A stretch of 63,299 bases of DNA from an uncultured Eubacteriales bacterium (GTDB lineage Bacteria; Bacillota; Clostridia; Oscillospirales; QAMX01). Every line of letters begins with the position of its first letter. The stretch's first letter is position 1. The stretch lies in NCBI GenBank assembly GCA_905205975.1, contig CAJLFQ010000004.1:1-63299 (forward strand), given 5' to 3'. Under the pieces are notes generated by a model, which saw only the letters and a program-made list of their open reading frames with translations, was not told the origin of the DNA and searched no databases. Positions 27,226 to 36,707 of the stretch are shown piece by piece. A program made the position numbers and the translations under genes.

Positions 27226-28248
27226 TTACTCCGCGGCCTTCATGCAGTCGATGTTTTCCGTGATCCGGCGGATCATATCGCCGTTGACATACTGCATGGC
27301 CTGCCGCATGGCGTTCTTCATCGTGAAGGCGTCGGCCGAGCCGTGCGCCTTGATGACCGGCGCGGCAATGCCGACCAGGGGAGAACCGCCGATTTCCTTG
27401 TAGTTCATTTTTTTGCGGAGCGGCGCCAGGCTAGGTTTCAGGAGCAGCGCGCCGAGTTTCGCGCGGGTCGAAGAAAACATGGCTTTCTTCAGCTCGCCGA
27501 CAAAGAACAGACCGATGCCCTCCAGCGATTTCAGGCAGATGTTGCCGGAGAAGCCGTCCGCCACGACGACGTCGGCTTTGCCGGAAGGCACGTCGCGCCC
27601 TTCGATGTTGCCGACGAAATTCAGCCGTCCGGCGTCACCGGCGGCCTTCAGCAGTTCATAGGCTTTGCGGTGGACGTCGTCGCCCTTGTGGCTCTCTGCG
27701 CCGATGTTCAGGAGACCGACGGTCGGCAGATTGCCGCTGCCGCGCTTCAGAACGAAACGCATATAGTAAGAGCCGAGATAGGCGAATTGCAGCAGATATT
27801 CCGCCGTGCACTGGACGTTTGCGCCGCTGTCGATCAGCAGGACGCCGTTGGACCCGACCGGCAGAATCGGCGCCAGCGCCGCGCGGCGGATGCCGCGGAT
27901 GCGGCCGACATACAGCGTAGAGGACATGATGGCCGCCCCGGTATTGCCCGCCGTCACAACGGCGTCGCCGCCGCCGGCGGAGAGGAGCTTCATGGCCGTG
28001 ACCATTGATGAAGCCGCTTTTTCCCCGCGCATGACGACGTTCGGTTCATCCTCCATGGTGACGGCGATGGGCGCATGAACGACCTGAATCCGTCCGGCAA
28101 GCCCGGCCTGCGCGACCAGCGGTTCGATCACGGCCTGATCACCGACGGCGGCTGCATCGATGTCAAATTCCCGAACCGCGTCAATGATGCCTTTCGTCAG
28201 TTCGGCGCAGCCGTTGTCGCTGCCCATGGTGTCAACGATCAGTTTCAT
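27226..28248 (-). CDS. plsX: phosphate acyltransferase PlsX
   Basis: MKLIVDTMGSDNG...full-length PlsX-like sequence, in the expected position upstream of acpP. Confidence 0.92.
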   Translation of the reverse strand: MKLIVDTMGSDNGCAELTKGIIDAVREFDIDAAAVGDQAVIEPLVAQAGLAGRIQVVHAPIAVTMEDEPNVVMRGEKAASSMVTAMKLLSAGGGDAVVTAGNTGAAIMSSTLYVGRIRGIRRAALAPILPVGSNGVLLIDSGANVQCTAEYLLQFAYLGSYYMRFVLKRGSGNLPTVGLLNIGAESHKGDDVHRKAYELLKAAGDAGRLNFVGNIEGRDVPSGKADVVVADGFSGNICLKSLEGIGLFFVGELKKAMFSSTRAKLGALLLKPSLAPLRKKMNYKEIGGSPLVGIAAPVIKAHGSADAFTMKNAMRQAMQYVNGDMIRRITENIDCMKAAE

Positions 28249-28264
28249 ATGCTCATCCCTTCGT

Positions 28265-28313
28265 CAAAAACGATTTGAAAAAAACGATCTGAAAAACGGT
28301 TGGAAAAATCGGA
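28265..28313. repeat. four phased A/T-tract repeats (about 12-13 nt unit) between trmFO and plsX
   Basis: Plus strand AAAAACGATTTG AAAAAAACGATCTG AAAAACGGTTGG AAAAATCGG. On the coding (minus) strand these read as CGNTTTTT tracts. Confidence 0.6.
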
Positions 28314-28335
28314 CGATTCGGCTGAACCGGCCGGA

Positions 28336-29658
28336 TCAGCGCACATTTTCCGCAGCGAACGCGCTGGCGGAAACCGTGGCGAGCGCCCGGTCGGCGATGG
28401 CCTCCAAACGCGCCTGTTTGCCTTTTGCGCGGACGCCGCTGCCGTCAATGATGCCGAAATTGACGTTCATCGGCTGAAACTCCGTGACGGCCGGATTGCT
28501 GACATACGCAGCCAGCGCGCCGGTTGCCGTGGAACGGGGGAGCGGTTCCGGCAGACGGCCGGTCAGCAGTTCGATGGCGGCCGTCGCACCGGCGTACAGC
28601 CCGGAAGCGGCGGATTCCACATAGCCCTCCACGCCCGTAAACTGTCCGGCGAAAGAAACGCGCGGGTCTTTGCGCGCGCGGTAGAAGCCGTCTAACAGGC
28701 GCGGCGAGTCGAGATAAGAATTCCGGTGCATGACGCCGTACCGCAGGAATTCTGCATTTTCCAAGCCGGGGATCATGCCGAAAACGCGTTTCTGCTCGCC
28801 GAATTTCAGATGCGTCTGAAAGCCGACCATGTTGTAAACCGTCCCGGTGGTGTTGTCGCGGCGGAGCTGAACGACGGCGTAAGGCAGCGCACCCGTGTGC
28901 GGATTGATCAGGCCGACCGGCTTCAGCGGGCCGAAGCGAAGCGTATCCTCCCCGCGGCGCGCCATCGTTTCCACAGGCATACAGCCTTCAAAAACGCGTT
29001 TGTCCTCAAAATCATGCACCGGCGCTTCTTCGGCTTCGCAGAGCGCGTGCCAGAAGGCAAGATATTCGTCTTTCTCCATCGGGCAGTTGATATAATCGGC
29101 GTCGCCCTTGTCATAGCGGGAGGCGAGATACGTTTTGGTCTGGTCGATCGATTCCACATCGACAAGCGGCGCCGAAGCGTCAAAAAAGCTCAGGTAGCCG
29201 TTGCCGCCGAAAAAGGCGCGGACGTTTTCGGAGAGCGCCCCGTCGGTCAGCGGCCCGGTGGCGACGATGACGCGTCCTTCCGCCGGGATTTCCGCAGCCT
29301 GCGCGCAGACGACGGTGATCAGCGGATGCGAACGGACGGCGTCGGTGATATAATCCGAAAAGCGCTGCCGATCGACGGCGACGGCGCCGCCCGCGGCGAC
29401 GCGCGTATGCGCGACGGCTTCCATGACGATGCTGCCCATTGCGGCAAGCTCTTCTTTCAGAAGGCCGACGGCGTTGGTGTGGGAGCCGCTGCGCAGGGAG
29501 TTGGAGCAGCACAGCTCCGCAAACCCGTCATACCGGTGTGCCGGTGTGCGTGCGGCCGGTTTCTGCTCGATCAGCGTGACGGGGACGCCGCGGCGGGCGC
29601 ATTGCAGGGCGGCTTCACACCCGGCAAGCCCCGCGCCGAGAATGGTGATGCCGCTCAT
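28336..29658 (-). CDS. trmFO: methylenetetrahydrofolate--tRNA-(uracil54-C5)-methyltransferase TrmFO
   Basis: MSGITILGAGLAGCEAALQ is the FAD Rossmann motif, and the whole length resembles TrmFO/Gid. ATGA overlap with the topA stop. Confidence 0.92.
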   Translation of the reverse strand: MSGITILGAGLAGCEAALQCARRGVPVTLIEQKPAARTPAHRYDGFAELCCSNSLRSGSHTNAVGLLKEELAAMGSIVMEAVAHTRVAAGGAVAVDRQRFSDYITDAVRSHPLITVVCAQAAEIPAEGRVIVATGPLTDGALSENVRAFFGGNGYLSFFDASAPLVDVESIDQTKTYLASRYDKGDADYINCPMEKDEYLAFWHALCEAEEAPVHDFEDKRVFEGCMPVETMARRGEDTLRFGPLKPVGLINPHTGALPYAVVQLRRDNTTGTVYNMVGFQTHLKFGEQKRVFGMIPGLENAEFLRYGVMHRNSYLDSPRLLDGFYRARKDPRVSFAGQFTGVEGYVESAASGLYAGATAAIELLTGRLPEPLPRSTATGALAAYVSNPAVTEFQPMNVNFGIIDGSGVRAKGKQARLEAIADRALATVSASAFAAENVR

Positions 29659-31805
29659 AGGTTCTCACCATCTGGTGCGCCGCTTTCCGTCTGCTTGGCC
29701 TTTCCGCGCGGCTTGTATTCGCGCTCATATCCGCAGCCCGGCATTGGGCAGTAGATTTTCTTTTCTTCCCGCGTATAGCGGCGGAAGAGCGGCTTGCCGC
29801 ACTGCGGACAAAGCTCAGCCAGCGGTTTGTCCCACGTCATAAAGGTGCAGGTCGGGCTCTTTTCGCAGGCGTAGTATTTGTTGCCGTTTTTCGACTTCCG
29901 TTCCATGACCTTGCCGCCGCAGAGCGGGCAGATGCCCGGCGTTTCCTGCGCCAGCGGCTTTGTAAACTTGCAGTCCGGATATCCGGGGCAGGCGAGGAAC
30001 TTGCCGAACCGACCGGACTTGATGACCATGTTGCGGCCGCAGTTTTCGCAGATAACGTCGGTGACCGGATCCGGCACCTTCATATCGACGCCTTCGAGAT
30101 CCTTTTCCGCCTGTGCCAGCTCCTGCGAGAAACCGGCGTAAAAATCGCGGATGACCCCGCGCCACTGCGTTTTGCCCGCTTCGACTTCATCCAGCTCTTC
30201 TTCCATGTGCGCCGTGAAGCCGATGTCCATGATGTCGGAGAATTTGTCGACCATCAGCCCGGTGACGACTTCGCCGAGCTGCGTCGGATAGAGCGATTTG
30301 CCGTCCCGCGCGACGTATTCGCGGTCGGTGATCGTCGAAATCGTCGGGGAATAGGTGGAAGGACGGCCGATGTTTTTTTCTTCCATCGTGCGGATCAGCG
30401 ACGCCTCGGTGTAGCGCGGCGGCGGCTGCGTGAATTTCTGCGACGGCGTGACCGATTTCTTCAGCAGCGCTTCGCCTTCGGAAAGCGGCGGCAGCGCGCC
30501 GTCCGCGTCTTCGGCGTGCGCATCTTCCACGGTATCCTCATACAGCGCGGTGAACCCGGCGAACTTCAGCGTCTTGCCGTTGGCGCGGAAGAGCGAATCG
30601 TTGACGCCGATGTCAAGCGCCACGGTGTCATAGACGGCGGAGCTCATCTGGCAGGCGATGAACCGTTCCCAGATCAGCTTGTAGAGCTTCCAGTGGTCGG
30701 GTGAAAGATCCTGCTTGACCGCTTCCGGCGTCAGATCCACCTGCGTCGGACGGATGGCTTCATGCGCGTCCTGCGCGTTTTTGTTCGTTTTGAAGACGCG
30801 CTTGGCGGCCGGGAGATAGTCCCTGCCGAAGCGCTCTTCGATATATACGCGCGCTGCGTCTGTGATTTCTTCCGACAGGCGCAGAGAGTCGGTACGCATA
30901 TAGGTGATCAGACCGGTCAGCCCGTGGCCGGTGATGTTCTGACCTTCATAGAGATCCTGCGCGAGCTTCATCGTTTTCTTGGAGCCGAAGGAGAAGCGGC
31001 GCGAAGCCTCCTGCTGAAGCGTCGATGTGATAAACGGGGGCGACGGATTCTTCAAACGGTCTTTTTTGCGCTGCGCCAGCAGAACCGGCGCTGCGTCTGC
31101 CGCGTCGGACAGGACGCGTTCTGCATCCGCCTGCGAATGCAGCTCCGCCTTTTTGCCGGTGGCGACAGAGCCGAAATAGTGCGCGGTGAATTCCCGGTCC
31201 GGGTTGGCGGCCGGGGCACAGATCATGTCGATCGTCCAGTATTCCTCCGGTTTGAAGGAGCGGATTTCATTTTCCCGGTCGACGATCAGCTTGGTGACGA
31301 CGGATTGAACGCGTCCGGCGCTCAATCCCTTTTTGACCTTTTTCCAGAGCAGCGGGCTGAGTTTATAGCCCACGATGCGGTCCAAAACGCGGCGCGCCTG
31401 ATAGGCGTCCACGAGGTTTAGGTCGACGGTGCGCGTGTTTTTGATCCCGGCGGTAACGGCGTTCTTCGTGATTTCGTTGAACGTCACACTGTTTTTTTCC
31501 TTCAGGTCTAGGTTCAAAATCGCGCCCATACGCCAGGAGAGGTCTTCACCGGCGCGGTCCGGGTCGCTTGCGAGTTAAACTTCTCGGGATTTGGCGACCT
31601 TTGATTTGATTTCCTTGATGGTTTTATCTTTGCCACGGATGGGGATATACCGCGGCTGAAAGTCGTTGTCTACGTCGACGCCAAGCGTGCTCTTTGGCAG
31701 GTCGCGCAGATGTCCCATGGATGCCACGACTTCATAGCCGCGGCCCAGGTATTTGCCGATGCTTTTTGCCTTGGCCGGCGATTCCACAATGACGAGTTTT
31801 GCCAA
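29655..31805 (-). pseudogene. topA: DNA topoisomerase I interrupted by a single in-frame TAA (codon 77)
   Basis: ORFs 31575..31805 (TOPRIM N-terminus, VESPAKAK) and 29655..31529 (GLITYMRTDS active-site Tyr and 3 zinc ribbons) are in the same frame: ...KSREV-TAA-LASDPDRAGEDLSW.... TTG start. Could be a real nonsense mutation or a base-call error. Confidence 0.75.
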
Positions 31806-31863
31806 CTTTGATCCAACTTTCTTGTTTGCAGATTCGTATCAGACGGAGCATGATGCCATGCCC

Positions 31864-33051
31864 CTAAGCGAGGGAGAAGATTTTGCCGGGCTGCTGAAGC
31901 ACCCGGCCTTCCAGTTCCAGCAGTGTCAGCGCCGCAGTCACATCGGCGGCGTCTTCCGGAACGGATTCGATCAGCGTGTCTGCGTGGAGCGCAGAGCGGG
32001 CCAGCAGGGCGCAGAGCCGGTCCTCGAGCGTGCGGGTCGTGTCGGCGGCAGCCGACAGCGATTCCGCAGCCGGTGCTTCGGCGGATTCCCGGGGCGTCTG
32101 CGGGTGCGGCGTGCGGTTCTGATAGCGGTCATCTGATTCGGACAGCGTCTCCGCAGGTGCGGCAGCCGCGCTGACCAGTTCCGGATACTGCGGCGCGAGT
32201 TCGGAGAGAATGTCATCCGCACAGGTGACAAGCCGGGCACCGTCCTGAATCAGGAGATTGGCGCCTTCAGAAGACGGCGCGTCGATGTTGCCGGGGACGA
32301 CAAAAACGTCGCGCCCCTGTTCTGCGGCGCATGCCGCCGTAATGAGGGAGCCGCTGTGCTTCGGCGCTTCCGGCAGCAGAACGGCGCAGCAGAGACCGCT
32401 GATGATGCGGTTCCGAGCCGGAAAATTGGAAGCGATCGGCGGCGTGCCGGGTGGATACTCGCTGAGCAGCAGCCCGGTTTTGGGGATATCGTTGAAGAGC
32501 AGGCCGTTTTCCGACGGATAGCAGACATCCAGCCCGCAGCCGAGAACGGCGATGGTCGGTTTCCCGGCTTCCAGCGCCGCCGCATGCGCAGCCGCATCCG
32601 TCCCGGCGGCCATGCCGGAAACGATGGTGACGCCGGCAAGCGACAGGGGATAAGCGATTCGTTTGGTGACGCGGTACCCATAAGCGGAAATGTGCCGTGG
32701 TCCGACGATGGCCAGCGCAGGCCGGGCAGCCAGCGTTTGCAGCTTGCCGCGGCAGTAGAGGACGGCGGGCGGATCGTCAATGGCGCGCAGAAGCTCCGGG
32801 TATGCGGCGTCATTCAATGTGAGAAGATGGTGTCCGAGCCGGGCGCTGTCGTCCAGCACTTTTGCGGCGCGCTTCAGGCTCTTGTCGGAGAGCGCCTGAA
32901 CGTCCGCCTCGGTGATGCCGGACACCTCGGCCAAATGGGCAGGGGAGGCGTTGTAGATTTCAAGCGGCGAGCCGAGTTCGTCGAGCAGCCGGGCCGCTTT
33001 CCGCGGCGAAAGATTCGGCAGCGTAGAAAGCCATACCCAGTGCAGGAGCAT
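31864..33051 (-). CDS. dprA: DNA-processing protein DprA (Smf)
   Basis: N-terminal SAM-like region, Rossmann core GxxxGIDxxAH-like (SGMAAGTDAAAHAAAL) and a C-terminal winged-helix-like tail. Syntenic with topA. Confidence 0.88.
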   Translation of the reverse strand: MLLHWVWLSTLPNLSPRKAARLLDELGSPLEIYNASPAHLAEVSGITEADVQALSDKSLKRAAKVLDDSARLGHHLLTLNDAAYPELLRAIDDPPAVLYCRGKLQTLAARPALAIVGPRHISAYGYRVTKRIAYPLSLAGVTIVSGMAAGTDAAAHAAALEAGKPTIAVLGCGLDVCYPSENGLLFNDIPKTGLLLSEYPPGTPPIASNFPARNRIISGLCCAVLLPEAPKHSGSLITAACAAEQGRDVFVVPGNIDAPSSEGANLLIQDGARLVTCADDILSELAPQYPELVSAAAAPAETLSESDDRYQNRTPHPQTPRESAEAPAAESLSAAADTTRTLEDRLCALLARSALHADTLIESVPEDAADVTAALTLLELEGRVLQQPGKIFSLA

Positions 33052-33066
33052 TTCCCGTCTCTCCTT

Positions 33067-33876
33067 TCAATGTGTGCAGGCGCGTGCATCGGTATGCACA
33101 GGCCGCTGCTGTGTGCTGTGATAAGCGAGAATCCCGGCGGCAACCGCAACATTCAGCGATTCTGCGCGGCCCGTCATGGGGATGTGAACGCGCCGGTCGC
33201 ACTGTGCGAGCAGCTCCGGGCTGACGCCGTTCGCTTCGTTGCCCAGAATGATGCACCCGCGCGACAGATCGACGCCGTCCAGCGGAACGCTGTCAGACGA
33301 AAGCGTCGAGCCGAACAGGGGCAGACCGTGCGCGCGCACCGCTGCAACAGCGTCTGCCCGCGCGGCGAACGATACGGTCGGGATGCGGAAGCGCGCGCCC
33401 ATCGCGGAGCGGACGACTTTGGGCGCATACGGATCGACGCATGCACCGGTGAGCCAGACGGCGTCAAACGAAAACGCGTCGGCAATCCGCAGGATGGTTC
33501 CGGCGTTGCCGGGGTCGGCGACGCCGTCCAGCAGGAGCAGGCGCTCAACGGAACCGCACGGCTTTGCAGCCGGGATCCGAACGGTGAAAACGACCGACTG
33601 CGCAGAAACGACCGACGCGCAGTGTGAAACAATGTCGTCTGCTGCGGCGGTCAAAACCGCGCCGCGGGCCGCGGCGGCGTCCAGCAGCGGCTGCGCAGTC
33701 CGCGCCGCATACAAAACATCGCAGATGGCAGCCTCGGAGGCAAGGGCTTCGCCGAGCATGACCTCGCCCTCGCAGAGGTAAAGCCCCTCGGATTCGCGTG
33801 CTTTGCGGTCGGCAGCCAGCGCGCGCAGCCGCTTGACGAGCGGGTTCGCGCGGGAAGTGATCCGGTCTTTGGTCAT
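33067..33876 (-). CDS. TrmH/SpoU family RNA 2'-O-methyltransferase
   Basis: SPOUT motifs LLLLDGVADPGNAGTILRIADAF, IILGNEANGVS and IPMTGRAESLNVAVAAGI. ATGA overlap with the upstream gene. Confidence 0.88.
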   Translation of the reverse strand: MTKDRITSRANPLVKRLRALAADRKARESEGLYLCEGEVMLGEALASEAAICDVLYAARTAQPLLDAAAARGAVLTAAADDIVSHCASVVSAQSVVFTVRIPAAKPCGSVERLLLLDGVADPGNAGTILRIADAFSFDAVWLTGACVDPYAPKVVRSAMGARFRIPTVSFAARADAVAAVRAHGLPLFGSTLSSDSVPLDGVDLSRGCIILGNEANGVSPELLAQCDRRVHIPMTGRAESLNVAVAAGILAYHSTQQRPVHTDARACTH

Positions 33877-34538
33877 GACTGTTCCTCCGGCGTGCGCGCC
33901 GCCAGCAGGCCGGAGACAATGGCGCGGGCGTCCCGGTAAAAATCCGCTTCGGATTTCCGGGAAGAAAACGGCTGCGATTTGAAACAGGCAAACAGCTCGT
34001 TTTCCCCGGTCAGCCCAAGCTGCTGAAACAGCGGCAGATCACCCAGCGGGACGGCTGCGGCGCTGCCGCCGAATTCAGCGGCCAGCTCCGCGTTGAAGCG
34101 GCCGCTTTCCGGCGTATTGTATTTCTGAAGGTTTTGCTGATCCATCAGGTAAAGCACCATGTCGTCATTCAAAAAAGACGTGACCATGGCGGTGGCGTTG
34201 CTCTGCACCGTTTCGTCGTAGACACCGTCTCTCGGGTTTAGAAGGTATTGCAGCACGTTGATGATGATCTGGCCGTCGCCGTTCTGGTCGCCCAAGACGC
34301 GGCCGATTTCGACCTTGAGCTCGTTGATGACTTCGCCGTCCAGCGTTTGGGAAACGGCGACGATCACAGTCGCGTCGTTTTTCGGGACGGAGCGGTTCAT
34401 CGAAAACATCGTGATGACGACGGCAATCACCGCAGCGGCGCCCAAAATATGCCACTTATAGTGATAAATCAGCACTTCCGAGAACCAGCGCCGGAAGCCG
34501 AGCTCTTTCAGCGTCCTGCGTTCAGAGTCGCTGCGCAT
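33873..34538 (-). CDS. hypothetical single-pass membrane protein
   Basis: One TM helix (WHILGAAAVIAVVITMF). No recognisable domain. Tightly packed between greA (4-nt gap) and the TrmH-family gene. Confidence 0.6.
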   Translation of the reverse strand: MRSDSERRTLKELGFRRWFSEVLIYHYKWHILGAAAVIAVVITMFSMNRSVPKNDATVIVAVSQTLDGEVINELKVEIGRVLGDQNGDGQIIINVLQYLLNPRDGVYDETVQSNATAMVTSFLNDDMVLYLMDQQNLQKYNTPESGRFNAELAAEFGGSAAAVPLGDLPLFQQLGLTGENELFACFKSQPFSSRKSEADFYRDARAIVSGLLAARTPEEQS

Positions 34539-34542
34539 CCGG

Positions 34543-35010
34543 TCAGGCGAGGGCGATGATCTTGCATTCGATCACGCCGTTGGGGGATTCATAGGAGATG
34601 ACGTCGCCGAGATGATGGCCGAGCAGGGCGCGGCCGACCGGCGATTCATCGCTGATAAGCATGTTCATGGGGTCGGATTCCTGCGAACCGACAATTTTCA
34701 GTTCCTCCGGAAAACCGTCGCCGTAGTCCAGCGTGACGGTGGAGCCGATACTCACTTCGTCGGCCGTGGCGTCGGCTTCGTTGACGATGACATAATTTTT
34801 CAGGATCGCTTCGACCTCGGCGATGCGGGCATAGAGCCGGCCCTGGTCGTTGCGGGCTTCATCATATTCGCTGTTTTCAGAAAGGTCGCCGTAGCTGCGG
34901 GCTTCTTTGATGGCCTGCGCGACTTCACGTTCACGGTCGCCGCGGAGATAAGCGAGCTCTTCCTGGAGCTGATCATATTTTGCCTGGCTGAGTTTGAAAA
35001 CCTTGGACAT
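34543..35010 (-). CDS. greA: transcription elongation factor GreA
   Basis: Coiled-coil N-terminus with ...DLSENSEYDEARNDQ... and an FKBP-like C-terminus. Confidence 0.93.
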   Translation of the reverse strand: MSKVFKLSQAKYDQLQEELAYLRGDREREVAQAIKEARSYGDLSENSEYDEARNDQGRLYARIAEVEAILKNYVIVNEADATADEVSIGSTVTLDYGDGFPEELKIVGSQESDPMNMLISDESPVGRALLGHHLGDVISYESPNGVIECKIIALA

Positions 35011-35097
35011 TTCTGCACCTCAATTGATCTTTTTCATCTTGTCATCTGATGACCCGCCAGCGAAAATACTTCCGCCGCCAAACGGGTATCATTATGT

Positions 35098-35126
35098 ATT
35101 ATAATTCCAAGGTAGAAAACTGTCAA
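35098..35126 (-). promoter_or_regulatory. consensus sigma-A promoter for greA
   Basis: Minus strand TTGACA-17 nt-TATAAT (perfect hexamers). Confidence 0.65.
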
Positions 35127-35178
35127 GCGTTTTTTTCTGAATTGGAAGAAAAAAATAGGGAAACCCGCAGGAAGCGGC

Positions 35179-35207
35179 TTGACAAACGGCAGGGGGTATG
35201 ATATGCT
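35179..35207 (+). promoter_or_regulatory. sigma-A promoter for the GH-like gene
   Basis: TTGACA-17 nt-TATGCT with TATGa extended -10. Confidence 0.5.
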
Positions 35208-35269
35208 GAGGCTGGTTTCCCGGCTGAATGAGCCGGATACATCTGAAGATGAAACGGAGGCAATTCCAA

Positions 35270-36520
35270 ATGTCCGCAATGACATCGAAATTCCCGATTG
35301 GTTTCTGGAACTATCAACCCATCCGCACGATCACAACAGATGACGTACAGACATGGGCAGACTGTGGCATAACGCTGACCATGTCCCCGAACTATGACCA
35401 TAACCGTCCGGAAGACAAAGCACACATGCTTGAAATCATGGACGCATGCGCGGCGCGGGGGATTCGGCTGATCGTCTGCGACAGCCGGACCTTCTGGGCC
35501 GGCGCCGCAGAAAATCCGGAAGGATACCGCAGCCGGTATCGTGAAGCGCTGGCGGACTTTGGCAGCCATCCGGCAGTCGCCGGCTTTCACATCGGCGACG
35601 AACCGTTCAAGGAACAGATGGATGACGTCGCCGCTGCCGTCCGGATTCAGCGGGAAGAAGCGCCCGAGCTGCTGCCGTTCGTCAATCTGCTCCCGACGTG
35701 GGACGGCGGCGAAGCCGGATACGCCGGATACAAGAATTATCAGGAATGCCTGAAAGACGTCGAAGAACGTGTGCCTCTGAAGCTGCTCTGCTATGACCGG
35801 TATTCGCAGATGAACCCTGAGGAAGCGGGCACAGAGGACTATTTTTCCGATCTGAAACGGTTTGCGGAACTGGCGAAGACGATGGACATTCCGTTCTGGA
35901 CGACGCTGCTCTGCGTCGGTCATTTTCGCTATCGGGTCCCATCTTATGATGACCTGCGCTGGCAGCTTTCCACAGCCCTGGCATCCGGCTGCCAGGGGAT
36001 TCTCTGGTTCATGTTTTACCTGCGTACGCCGCATTCCAACTACCGCATGGCGCCCATCAACCAGTTCAACGAGAAGACCGCAACTTACGGCGCGCTGAGC
36101 CAGGTTCTGCGGGAATTTCACGCGGCTTATGCGCCGCTCTTTACCCGTTTGACGCTGAAGACCTGCTATCATGTCGGACGGGCATGGGGCGGATATCCGT
36201 CCTTTGCAGATGGCTGCGATGAAAACATCCTCCATGCAGAAGCATGGCATGAGATTGACGCCATTATCAGCATCTTCCACGATGAAGAGGGGCGCAAATA
36301 CGCTGTCATCGTCAACAACACGACGACAAAGAGCGGGCAGCTTGCGCTGACCGTCTGCAAAAAGGCGGGCCGGATGGTTCGCGCAGGTGCGTTCGGCGGC
36401 TCCGATGTGTTTTATGCCCACCACGACGAAGGCTGCACCGATCACGGTGAAACGTTCGTCTATACGCCGTGGCTGGCGCCGGGGCAGATGAACGTCTACC
36501 GGTTTGACCCGGCGGAATAA
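35270..36520 (+). CDS. putative TIM-barrel (clan GH-A-like) glycoside hydrolase, family uncertain
   Basis: ATG at 35270 follows a GGAGG SD. FHIGDEPF resembles the NEP acid/base motif of clan A hydrolases. No signal peptide. Confidence 0.55.
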   Translation: MSAMTSKFPIGFWNYQPIRTITTDDVQTWADCGITLTMSPNYDHNRPEDKAHMLEIMDACAARGIRLIVCDSRTFWAGAAENPEGYRSRYREALADFGSHPAVAGFHIGDEPFKEQMDDVAAAVRIQREEAPELLPFVNLLPTWDGGEAGYAGYKNYQECLKDVEERVPLKLLCYDRYSQMNPEEAGTEDYFSDLKRFAELAKTMDIPFWTTLLCVGHFRYRVPSYDDLRWQLSTALASGCQGILWFMFYLRTPHSNYRMAPINQFNEKTATYGALSQVLREFHAAYAPLFTRLTLKTCYHVGRAWGGYPSFADGCDENILHAEAWHEIDAIISIFHDEEGRKYAVIVNNTTTKSGQLALTVCKKAGRMVRAGAFGGSDVFYAHHDEGCTDHGETFVYTPWLAPGQMNVYRFDPAE

Positions 36521-36545
36521 GCAGCCCTTTCGGAAAATGAAACGC

Positions 36546-36586
36546 CTGAACCGCTCTGAGCATTCAGAGCGGTTCAGATATTTTTC
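36546..36586 (+). terminator. rho-independent terminator
   Basis: CTGAACCGCTCTGA gcat TCAGAGCGGTTCAG followed by ATATTTTT. Confidence 0.8.
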
Positions 36587-36619
36587 TTCCATACGGTCTT
36601 GTTTCGTTTGAATTGTCTA

Positions 36620-36648
36620 TTGGAATCCGTGCGGAAAACGTGTAAAAT
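36620..36648 (+). promoter_or_regulatory. sigma-A promoter for the amidohydrolase gene
   Basis: TTGGAA-17 nt-TAAAAT. Confidence 0.45.
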
Positions 36649-36707
36649 ATCATTCAGTTTGAAATGCAGGTCAAACCCACTCCAACGAAAGGAACTGCGC
36701 GTCCCGT

